This document shows positions 20,698-30,696 of a DNA stretch of 42,569 nt, one piece after another. The translations under genes were made by a program, and so were the position numbers. The number at the start of each line of letters is the position of its first letter. Position 1 is the stretch's first letter. The DNA lies in the NCBI RefSeq assembly GCF_000281045.1, contig NW_008246109.1, positions 263,491 to 306,059 on the forward strand, in the 5' to 3' direction. Below the pieces are notes generated by a model. That model was not told where the DNA came from, ran no database searches, and was given only the letters and a program-made list of their open reading frames with translations. Source of the DNA: Saprolegnia diclina VS20. Taxonomy: Eukaryota.

Positions 20698-21741
20698 TCA
20701 TGCGGCCTGAAGCGACTCGACGCACGGTGGGCGCACGACCGGCGTCGACTCGTTGGGGCTCTTGTGGCCCACGGACCGGGCCGGCGACGGTGTCCACTTG
20801 TCGATGCGCAGCCGCCAGTACGTTTCGTTGGCTGCGAGGTTGGAGAGGCACGTCGCAAAGAGGTCCGGGCTCGTGTTGAGCACGTCGACGAGCGTGTGCC
20901 AGGCGTCGCCCGAGTAGCGCTCGATGAAGCCCATGTGCAGACGGGCCTCGTCGCGGCTATTCGGCGCGGCGATCATGAAGGTCGAGACGGGCAGGCCCAG
21001 CCCGCGCTCGTCCGCCACCTGCGCCGCAAACTCGTCCATGAGACATTTGGCCCACCGGCGCGACATGTCGGTCGTCATGATCGGGTTGGAGATATCGGCG
21101 CAGTGGAGGATGAGTTTGGCAACTGCGTCAATGTCGGTGGGTTCGGCCTTGGCGTTGGCGAGCACCTCGTCGTGGAGGTTCATGTCCGTGGCCATGATGA
21201 GGTCGACGATCCGCGTCCGGAGCGTCTGCGCTTCGGCCATCGAGAGCTTGGCCAAGAGGCGCGTGTCGTCGAGGAGGTGCAACGTCGTCGCCGCGTGCAA
21301 GTGCTCGAGCGGCGCGCGCACCGGAAAGCGGACGTACGTCGCCGACTTGGTCGCGACGTGGAACTGGTTGGTCCGGCCGTCGTGCTGCGCGTCGTGGCAG
21401 AGCGCGGCGAGCAGCAGCGCTGATCGGTGGTGCACGTCCATTGCGACGTCGTCGCGGACCGTGTGCATGCCGAGCCCGTGCAAGACGAGGTACGTCACGT
21501 GCATGACGCACACGCCGTGGCGAAAGTTGTGGAAAGCCACGTCGCGGTACTCGGCCTCGACGCGGACGACGAACGCGTGGAGCTCGGGTGTCGAGAGGCC
21601 AAGGTACGCGTCGACGCCGGCCCAGTGCAACAGCCGCGTCGCGAGCGAGATCATCTCGGCCGTCGAGAGCGCAAAGACGTTGAGCGTCCACGAGTGCGCG
21701 GCCTCCACGTGCAGCATTTGTCGAAAGTTGGCGAGTGGCAA
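20698..21741 (-). CDS. Class I 3',5'-cyclic nucleotide phosphodiesterase, catalytic domain only; start uncertain (first in-frame ATG 21717)
   Basis: FHNFRHG, LAALCHDAQHDGRTN, LEHLH, IMATDM, LHCADISNP and EF..Q..ERGLGLP are PDEase_I motifs. Confidence 0.9.
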   Translation of the reverse strand: MPLANFRQMLHVEAAHSWTLNVFALSTAEMISLATRLLHWAGVDAYLGLSTPELHAFVVRVEAEYRDVAFHNFRHGVCVMHVTYLVLHGLGMHTVRDDVAMDVHHRSALLLAALCHDAQHDGRTNQFHVATKSATYVRFPVRAPLEHLHAATTLHLLDDTRLLAKLSMAEAQTLRTRIVDLIMATDMNLHDEVLANAKAEPTDIDAVAKLILHCADISNPIMTTDMSRRWAKCLMDEFAAQVADERGLGLPVSTFMIAAPNSRDEARLHMGFIERYSGDAWHTLVDVLNTSPDLFATCLSNLAANETYWRLRIDKWTPSPARSVGHKSPNESTPVVRPPCVESLQAA

Positions 21742-23249
21742 TAGCGGGCTGTTGCACTACACCTCCGTCTGGCCCCGAGCTCCGTGAAGAACGCCGACAT
21801 GTCCCAGGCCATGAGCACGGATAAAATCACGCCAATTGAGCCACGCACCGCCTCGGGGCACGGCCACGTGCTCGTCCTTGCACGGCGCTGGCCCGGTCGC
21901 TTTGGCGCGGTACGCTGTCGCCTCGTGGCGTTGTCTGGAAGGACTGTCGGGCGGGTGCGATCACCGCACCGATGTGACGAAATTTCCAGCAAAAAAAACC
22001 TGTTTTTTCGGGATTTCCGATTTTTGGTGTTTCGCAAGGTCCTTGGACTGTCGCGCACACACCAAAGCGCAGACATGTCTGATCTCGGCCGTGTCTCCTT
22101 GGTGATAGAAGAGATATCGCCCACACCAAGCGTCTCTTTGCCGACGCCACAGCCGAGGACGCCGACTCTTCGCAAGAGTGTCCATTTTCTTAAGGGGCGT
22201 GCGCCTAGTCTGTGTGTCGCCCGCACGGCTCTTGGTGGCCACAAGGCTCGGAAGGCAAGTTCATCTATTCTCGCTTTCGTCTCAACACAACGACGGAATC
22301 CCAATTGTGTCTCGCTTGTGCCTGTTTGAATCAACCTTCCATAGTGTACACACGTGCATGCTGGGCACAGTGGTCTATTGAGTCGCTCTTGAGAAGACGA
22401 CCACGTGATTTGCATTGCATTGTATTGAATACAAAACACAAGGTAATATTATATTTGTGCAATATGGGCGGGTGCCACCATACGGTGGCACGCCAGGATG
22501 AGGATTCCCCGCCCGTTTCCAAGCTTTTGCATACAAACCCCAAGTGCATCCGGCATTGCATCATCATTCTGTCACGGAATATATGGCCAAGGAACATGGG
22601 TATGGCGCTTCCCTCTCGCTCGCTCGTGATGGGCGAGGGGGCTCGGCCGCGCCATTTGACCCTTGGATCTGACTCGTGCCCAGAAAGATACTGCGACGAT
22701 GACGCGGCAGTTGAAGCTGCACTGGTCTGGCCACAGTGCGACGCCGCTCGACACCTTCACTAGCACAGTGGCATTGCACCTCGAGTTGCGGTCCCTCGAA
22801 TCTGGTTCCCAAGCTGATCCTTGACGAACGAGCGCTCGTCTGACGTCGTCCCGAAACAGCAGGCCTGATACCGTGTAGGAGCGGGTGGAGCCGATGACAA
22901 ATGCGGCGGCGTCGCCCAAGAGGCGGACGATGCACCCCTTTCAGCGGCTACAAGTGGGTTCTTCACAGCGTCTATTGTGCAAACGCTGGCGCTCACGGTA
23001 TGCGTCACGAGGCCAAGCTACCCAGTACCAGCCATCACGCTCCAGCTACCAAGAACCAAGAAGCTACGCGAAAGCTACCGTTGAGATTGCAGCTACTGTA
23101 CTTGGATATGCTACTGGTGCAGAATACTATGCAGAAGGGAACGTGGGTCGCCCTGAATACTGCAGTGGAACGTGAAGAGGACACGCACTCAGTTCTTGGT
23201 CTTGGTCTTCTTAGATGCTCCGACACACGTAATAAAGGATACTCGTCGA

Positions 23250-26200
23250 CTAGTACCGGCGCTGCTGGAGCGTCCCGACGCGCACGACCACGTGCTTCTT
23301 GTCGACCTTTTCGAGCGTCGTCGTCGCCACGTTGGGCGTCTTGATAAACTTGACGAGGTTGCGCTGGTTCTTCTTGGCCTCAAACTCAATTTCGTCCGAG
23401 ATGACGACCGGAAGCTCCTTCTTCCGGAGTTCCTTGTAGCGCTTCCGGAGGAGCTGGACGATCTCCGTCTTTTGGTCGACCTCGTACATGAGGTCGACTT
23501 CGCCTTCGACGTGCACAAAGAGGTAGTTGTCCTGGAGCGAGCTCAGCGAGAGGTGCTTGAGCGCCGAGATCTGCACGCGGCGACGCTCCTTGGGCTTCTC
23601 CATCTTGTCGGCCTTGACGTTGTGGATGTACGTCTCGCCGATGAGGAGGAGGCGCGACTGCGCGACCGTCCTACATTCGATGCTTGAGTGGCGTCCACAT
23701 AGACTATCAAGTCGATACTTTTCGTTCACTTTGAGGGTTTCGCCGGCAAAGAGGATTTGGCGCTGGCGCGCGTCCGTCACGAGCGCCCGCAGCGCTGGGT
23801 ACTTGGAGCAGTTGATGTAGTCGCCCAAGTAGACGCGGTCGAGCGTGTCGCGGCGGCGCTTCTTCTTGCCAAACAGCCTACATCCTTATGCGATGCAAGC
23901 TCTCAATGTCAAAAGACGGTCGTACCGCTCAAACTCGGTGCGGATGCCGAGCATGACCTGGTAGCAGCGCTGCCACTGCTCCGGTGGCATGTTCTTGCGC
24001 GTCTGCCGGCCCTTCCAACGCGACGAGAAGACCGCGACCGCGCCCTTGAGCCGGTTGAGGTTGCGCACGGCGGCGTTCCGGCGCACGCAGCTCTGCGCAA
24101 AGCTCACCTTGTTGTGCAGCTCGGCGGCTTCGAGCTGCGCGTGGAAGCGCGTGCGCGCTGGCAGGACCGCATCGGCAAGCGCGTGCCAGCGGCCGTAGAG
24201 CGCAGCGATCGTGATCTTGTTGTTCGAGCCGAGTCGGCGCATGCCGCGGTCGGCAATGTTGCGCTTGACGGCGGCGAGGCGGCGCATGAGGTCGTCGTAC
24301 ACGATCTGGTACTTGGCCAAGCGGATGCGGAGGAGGCGGCGGCGCCACGCAGCCTCGATGATGCGCGCGATTTCCGGCAGCTTGTCTTGGCGGAGGCGCT
24401 CGAGCGAGAAGAGCGCAGCAGGGTGCTTGATGAAGACCTTGTTGCGGCCGAGCGAGAAGCACCCCATCGAGTCGGCGTCTTCATGGAACGGGATGATCTT
24501 CTTCTCGATCTCCTTGTCCATTTCCTTGGCGCCGTTCTTCATGGCCAGGTGCATGCGGTACACCTCGAGCGGCGTGAGCGGCTTGCCGTCCGCGTGCACC
24601 GGCATCGACGCGTCCTTGCCGCCGTTCGCTTTCAGAACGCTCTGCGGCTGGAGGCTGGGGAGCACGCCCATGTCGGGCGCTGTCAACAGCTCCAGCGTGG
24701 CTTGACGCTACACATCATTTGAGCGACGAGACGCAGAGGCAAAAGCAACACGTACCGACGAGCAGTTCTTTGGGGCCGGCCACGACGTTGTTGAGAGGAT
24801 CTTGTACCGGTGGAGGAACGTGGCGTACGTCTCGCGGTAGCAAAAGCCGGCGCGGCGCACGCGGATGTTCTCAATCAACCCGAGGCAGCGCACTTGGGCG
24901 GCGACGAGCTCCGAGCTGATCATGCCCGAGACCTTCTTGTCGTTGGGCTTGATGCACCGCACGTAGTGCGGGTTGCAGCGCTGGAGCTCGGCGAGGAGCG
25001 TCGCGACTTGGCCGCGGAACTGGAACGACGTCGACGGCGGGCGCTTGAGCTTCTCCTTCGTGCTGCGGTCGTCCGTGAGGAGGTTGCGCACAAAGGCGTT
25101 CGTGGACTTGGCCAAGTTGGCGTAGAGTTCGGTGAAGAACGAGTCGATGTTGGCTTCGGCAAAGTTGGTCACGTCGTACTCGACCGTCCCGGCGTAGTGG
25201 CGGACCTGGAACGTCGAGCCCTTGACGCGCGACTTGGTGTAGTGCGAGTGGCGCTTGTCGTACGTCTCGTTGAAGCGGTGCATGAGCACGTCCACGGACG
25301 TCTGCGAGATCGCGCACTGCTCGTCGAGAAGCGGCATGATGCCCGGCATCTTGGCGTCTTCGATGAGGTCGCACACGACTTGGTTGTTGAAGTACTCAAT
25401 GTGCACCCACGCGACGCCTTCGCGCTGGTACTCGGACTGCTCCGACTGCAGCGTCTGCGCAATGAAGAGCTGCTGCAGCTTCTCGTTGACGTAGTTGATG
25501 CAGAGCTGCTCGAACGCGTTCTCTTGGAAGATCTCAAACCCGTAGATGTCGAGGATGCCCATCGTATGCGAGCTGCCACGCGGCGTGTGGATGCCCTTGT
25601 TGACGCGCTGGACGAGCCACGTAAAGATGTTCTCGTAGAGGACCTTGGCGAGCGAGTGGAGAACCTTGGTGCCCTGGCTCGCCGTGAGCGGGATCAGCGT
25701 CTCGTGGCGGTTGATCACGAGCGACTTGAACGTAAACATCTCGTCGAGGCTCTCGGACGAGACGCCGAGGAGCTTGGCGGCCACGTCCAGCGACTCGCGC
25801 GTCGCCGGCTAACACGCAACCTTAGAGCCGTGCAACATGGAGGAGAAAGGACGTACGTCGATCTTGCAGCACGGGTTGTGGCTGTCGTCGACAAGGCTCA
25901 AGAACGAGACGTTGCCGAGGTGCAAGATCGCAGCGATCTGCTGGTAGATCGAGCGCTGCTCGTCGTCCGAGATACCGACGGCCGTCATGTGGTGCGCCAT
26001 GTTCTGGTACTCGACGCGGTCGTCGACGTCGTCGATCGTGCGGTTTTCGTTCTGGAGGAGCTTGAAGTGCGATGCGTCCTTGAGGTTCCACGCCGATCGG
26101 TCGGCGGCCGACGCACCGGCGAGGAGGTGGTAGAAGCAGTGAAAGTTGCGCTCGCCCGCGGCCTGCATGATGACGCGGTTCTTCTCGAGGAGGTAGTTGT

Positions 26201-26844
26201 GGATGAACCCGCCAACGACTTGGCCGGCCACGTTCATCTGGAGGAGCATGTACTTGCCAAAGCGAGAGCTGTTGTTGTTCCGGATCGTCTGCGCGTTGCC
26301 AAAGGCTTCGAGCACCGGCGACGCGCGGATCAAGATGCGCCGGACCTTGTTCACGACGTCATCAATCTCTTGCTTCTTGAGGTCCGTGAGCGTTCTATCG
26401 TCCGCCGCTTGAGACATCATCGACCGCAGGGTGATAGAGTCGGTACCGTGCTTGGTTGACCGCTTGGCGCGTCCGCGCTTTCGTCGAGATATTGGCAATG
26501 TACTGCAGCACGTGCTTGGACGTTTCGGTCTTGCCACTGCCCGACTCGCCCGTGATGAGGAGGCACTGGTTGGTCTGGAAGCGCATGAGGTGCGAGTACG
26601 CCGACTCGGCGATCGCGAACGGGTGCGGGTCGTTCTCGTGCATCTCGCGGCCGCTAAACTCGTCGATCCAGTGCTCGTCGTAGAGCGAGAGCCCGTCCTT
26701 CTTGAGCGTCTTGTATGGGTTGACCGCAATGAGGACGGGCCCAATGTACGTGTACACCTCGTTGGCGCGGTACCGGGAGGCGAGCTCCTTGACGACCGCG
26801 GCCTCGCTCACCTCGGGCAGCAGGATGAGGTCCGTCACCGCCAT
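23250..26844 (-). CDS. MYO1: Class I myosin (motor, IQ-like neck, TH1 tail), multi-exon
   Basis: YTYIGPVLIAVNPYK, GESGSGKT, LEAFGNAQTIRNNNSSRFGK, DIYGFE, PHYVRCIKPND and LGRNKVFIK motor motifs. Tail GKKKRRRDTLDRVYLGDYI..LSLSSLQDNYLFVHV..KTEIV is TH1. GT-AG introns (e.g. 26395-26446) join the ORFs. Confidence 0.92.
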
Positions 26845-27831
26845 GCGTCGCTGTCGTCGCCTTGTGTGGCGAAATCGGAAATAAGAAAGCCTGCTCGCGC
26901 CAGCGTTACGAACGGCTGTTTTCGAATTGAGTTTCGGTTCGTCGTGTATACAAAAAACTCAAAAGAACCACAATTGAGTTGAGTTTGTCGTCAAAGTCGC
27001 CCAAGTCGCCGGACCAGGTGGCGTCCTGCAACTGCGTCGGCAAAGGAACCCACTGTCGATCGTATACAAATTCCAAGATACTTTGTCGGCCGGCGGCCGT
27101 AAGGATCATCCGCCACCGTGGCTGCATGGACGACGCGTGGAGCCTCCGTGTTTTTACACTGCCTCCGAGTATACTCTCGAGGCCGGGAGTACATGGTACT
27201 TGATTTTCAATTGCGTTGGCGGGTTGAGTTGAGCCGCTCGCGAATCGCAGCTGCTCGAGTAGAGGCGTAGAGGCCTGGCCACGTAATGCGAACGAACGCG
27301 CGGCTCCGGCGATGTCACGTCCGTCCGTCCCTCAAGCTGGCTCCTCTGTCTCGAGTTATGACACGGCATTACGACTTTGATGGACAACTTGTCGACTGAG
27401 ATCGGACGGGTTTCTCTTGCGGTCCACACGACGTCTGGCCGCACGATCCGCCCGGTCATTGGTGACCGCACATTGGTCCCGCTTCAACAAGAAGCTCGCG
27501 AAACGTCCACGATGCAGGCGGGTATACTACCCGCGTAAGGTGCTGGGACACGCGTTGAGTAGTCGTAGGCAATGCATATACGCGCCCGTGGCAGTCGATT
27601 TGGCGGCTCCTTTGACGCTCGATGCACGAGGCTGGAGTGTCTTCGTCGCTTTTGATGGCAAGCAACGACCATCATTCTTCTTTTAGTCGTTTAGTTTGTC
27701 GGTAGTCGATGCGGGAAACGCATGTGGCAAATGTGTGTGTGCGTGGAAAACACGATTTCCACACGGAAGAAAACCGCTTGCATCATCTTTGTTGTCGTCG
27801 GCGTGCCAGAGGGGATCGGTCCAGCGATACT

Positions 27832-28629
27832 ATGCGGGTCCTTCTGCGCAAGTACATGGGCCGCATGCGCCTGCGCCGCCGGGCGCGCCGCCTTTCGGAG
27901 CGCAAGACAGATGCGGTTGCTGACGTCGCCACCGCCTTTGACGCGCTCTCGATCGAGCAAAAGGAGGCGGTCATCGCCCGCGTCCTCGCGAGCCACAAGA
28001 AGGACTTCAACCTCGAAAAGCACTTTGCCGACGCCGACGTCAACAAAGACGGCGTGCTCACGACCGTCGAGTTCCACTCGTACATCACGTCGCGTTTTTT
28101 GCCGCAGACGATGGCGGCGTCGCTTGGCCATAGCTCGCTCGAGCGACCGAGTGCGCGCCAGCTGCGCCTCGTCATGCTGGCGTCCGGCATCCCGTTCATT
28201 GGCTTTGGCATCGTCGACAACCTCATCATGCTCACAGCAGGCGACTCGATGGAGACGTACTTGCGCGCGGCGATGCCCATCTCGGTGCTGGCAGCCGCGG
28301 GCTTGAGCAACTGCGTCGCCGACGTTGCCGGCCTGAGCCTCGGCGGTGTCATTGAATCCTTTGCGCGCAAGCTCGGCATTGGCGACCCGCAGCTCTCGTC
28401 GACGCAGGCTCGCATGCCGATCGTGCGGGGCATCTCGTATCTCTCGTCGGCCGTGGGCATTTCATTTGGCTGCCTCGTTGGCATGCTGCCGCTGGCCTTT
28501 ATGGATACGGAGGACGAGGAGGCCGAAGCCGCCAACCTGCAAGCGACCAAAGAGAGATACCAGCGGATCCGCGTACGCTCCATGTCGCGGCGTGGCCTCG
28601 AGAGCGACGAGACGGCCGAGCTGGGGTGA
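27832..28629 (+). CDS. TMEM65: TMEM65 (DUF2453) protein with N-terminal EF-hand and probable mitochondrial presequence
   Basis: QLRLVMLASGIPFIGFGIVDNLIMLTAGD..ISVLAAAGLSNCVADVAG..GISFGCLVGMLPL is the TMEM65 signature. EF loop DVNKDGVLTTVE. Arg-rich N-terminus. Confidence 0.88.
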   Translation: MRVLLRKYMGRMRLRRRARRLSERKTDAVADVATAFDALSIEQKEAVIARVLASHKKDFNLEKHFADADVNKDGVLTTVEFHSYITSRFLPQTMAASLGHSSLERPSARQLRLVMLASGIPFIGFGIVDNLIMLTAGDSMETYLRAAMPISVLAAAGLSNCVADVAGLSLGGVIESFARKLGIGDPQLSSTQARMPIVRGISYLSSAVGISFGCLVGMLPLAFMDTEDEEAEAANLQATKERYQRIRVRSMSRRGLESDETAELG

Positions 28630-29567
28630 CGTTGCTCCATCTTTGTAGCCCGACGATAGCGAAGCGAACCGTGAATAGAAAGTTTCGTCTCGTCGCCGTC
28701 TTTAGCTGAATCCTAGAGCCCAAAGACATGTAGTGAAAAGCGTTTAGGATTCATACGTGTATGTCTTCGGTACTAACATCCGCACCGTCCTCGGAGGTCG
28801 ACGAGGGTAGTGGCGACGGCGACGACGACGCACTGGTCAGCAATCCTCTGTTTGATGGACGACCGACCGACTCTTAGCGCTTTTTCGAGATCTCAACGAT
28901 GTGGCAAGCAGTGGCACTCGGTGCATGTGATGGCGGTAGACCGGAGGTTGCCGTGGAAGAATGTGGCGAGTTGGATTTTCTAAATCTCACGGTGCAGGGC
29001 GAAATATTCGCTCAACTTTCACCACGCGGCGTTGGTCGGTCGCTTTATGCATCTCACGGACTGCCTTGACGCTAGTGCTCTCGCGAGCTTCTGTAGCTGT
29101 TGGTGCTCGAATCCGATACTACATACGCATAGCCCACGTGTGATCTATTTCGTGTGCATCTCGCCTCACCCAAGCAGAAAATACACTCCTGTGGACTCAG
29201 TACTCAGTTGCACTTTGCCCTTTGAGCAAATGAACAAAGATACTTCTTGACTGCTTCAAGCTAATATCAACCTTGGCGTCTTGGATGCTGCGAAATCGAA
29301 GGTCAGAAGGTCACCACGTTGTCCCGCACGCGGTGACCAAGCCCGATCGATCCCATTCGGTCAATTCTTGGGTTTTTAGCGGGATCGCTCGCCTTTCACA
29401 GCGTACGTACACCGGTGGCCTCTCAAGCACGCGTCTTCACGTAGGATGGCACTCGTCCTCGTGACGTTGGGTGCTTACTCAAGGGCGTGGCAACGCCGAG
29501 GCCGTAGATAATCGAACGCTAATGTGGCGCTGTAACTTGTGAAACGGTTGCGTGAACCGATGCCGTT

Positions 29568-29610
29568 GATTGGCCGCCCGCATCAACCCATCGATTTGAG
29601 CCAATCACGA
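29568..29610 (+). promoter_or_regulatory. CCAAT boxes upstream of HSF-domain gene
   Basis: gATTGGc and gCCAATca 70-100 nt upstream of ATG 29671. Similar CCAAT clusters lie upstream of eIF3b (1595, 1654), pyruvate carboxylase (34358, 34395) and the SLC35 gene (38823-38869). Confidence 0.45.
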
Positions 29611-29670
29611 GCGCGACGGAGGCCAAGCGCAAACGCAGCTTGAAGCGCATTTGGGTTTTGAGCGCCTACG

Positions 29671-30606
29671 ATGCAAGTGGCCATGATGCACGAGATGCCG
29701 TCGTCGCCGACGTCGTCGAGCAACGAGACCATGTCGCACACGCCGACCAAGAAGCGCAAGGTCGGCGTGCCCAAGTTCCTCCGGTACCTCTACCAGATCC
29801 TCGAGAAGGAAGACAGTGCAATCATCTCGTGGGCGAACGGCGGCACGTCGATCCAGATCCTCGACACGGACCGCGTCGCGCAGTACATTTTGCCCAAGTA
29901 CTTCAAGCACTCCAAGTACGCGAGCTTCCAGCGCCAGCTCAACTACTTTGGCTTTCGCAAGTGGACGAAGAGCCAGACCAACATTTGCACGTTCAGCCAC
30001 CCCGAGTTTCGCCAGAACCGACCGGACCGCCTGTACCTCATCAAGCGCAAGAACAGCCCCGAGTCGGCGCGCAAGAAGCCAACAAAGGCCATGAGCGCGT
30101 CGGCCATGCACGAGAAGACGCCGATGCCACCGATGCTGCACTTTCATTCGATGCGGCACCATGCGATGGCGCCCATGAGCTACGACTTTTTGGCGCCAAC
30201 GACCACCACCTCGTCGTCGTCGTCGCCGTCCGCGGGCTTTCACCGTGCGCTCTTCCCGAACGACGTGCTCGACTTCAATCCGACCAAGAAGGAGAGCATG
30301 CTCTTTGGGTTCCAGTCCAAACCGTCGCCGACGACGACGCCGCTGCCGTCAACGCACCTGCTCTCGGACATTGAGAACCTCCAGATCCAAGGCGACGGCC
30401 CCAGCTTTAGCCTCCTCGACGTCAACCACATGATGTTTGGGGGCGCGTCGACGCCGCTGCCACCGTCGATGCTGCCCGACCTCAAGGACTCGACCAACAA
30501 CGAGTCGCACTTTGATTTTGATATGAACTGCGCGTGGCTCGACAGCTTTACGCCCGTCGACCCGTACCCGAGCGGACCCGCGTTCAACCACGCCGAGTAC
30601 GCATAA
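29671..30606 (+). CDS. HSF-type DNA-binding domain transcription factor
   Basis: VPKFLRYLYQILE..IISWANGG..ILPKYFKHSKYASFQRQLNYFGFRK..FSHPEF..IKRK; low-complexity P/S/M tail. Confidence 0.92.
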   Translation: MQVAMMHEMPSSPTSSSNETMSHTPTKKRKVGVPKFLRYLYQILEKEDSAIISWANGGTSIQILDTDRVAQYILPKYFKHSKYASFQRQLNYFGFRKWTKSQTNICTFSHPEFRQNRPDRLYLIKRKNSPESARKKPTKAMSASAMHEKTPMPPMLHFHSMRHHAMAPMSYDFLAPTTTTSSSSSPSAGFHRALFPNDVLDFNPTKKESMLFGFQSKPSPTTTPLPSTHLLSDIENLQIQGDGPSFSLLDVNHMMFGGASTPLPPSMLPDLKDSTNNESHFDFDMNCAWLDSFTPVDPYPSGPAFNHAEYA

Positions 30607-30696
30607 TAGACTAGTACACTAGAAGGTACCAACTAAACCACCAACAAGCTATCTATCTCCAAGTACACACTAACCACTTTTATTTTCAAGCTGCAT

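Noticed and set aside
22178..23226. Several 60-180-aa ORFs between PDE and myosin
   Set aside because: No motifs, terminal repeats or transposase/RT signatures; cannot support a gene or mobile element.
26395..26446. Apparent frameshift in the myosin head
   Set aside because: A GTACCG...GATAG intron restores QAR|TLTDLKKQE.
24810..26459. 549-aa plus-strand ORF over myosin; likewise 2257-3528 over eIF3b
   Set aside because: In-register antisense shadows of codon-biased genes.
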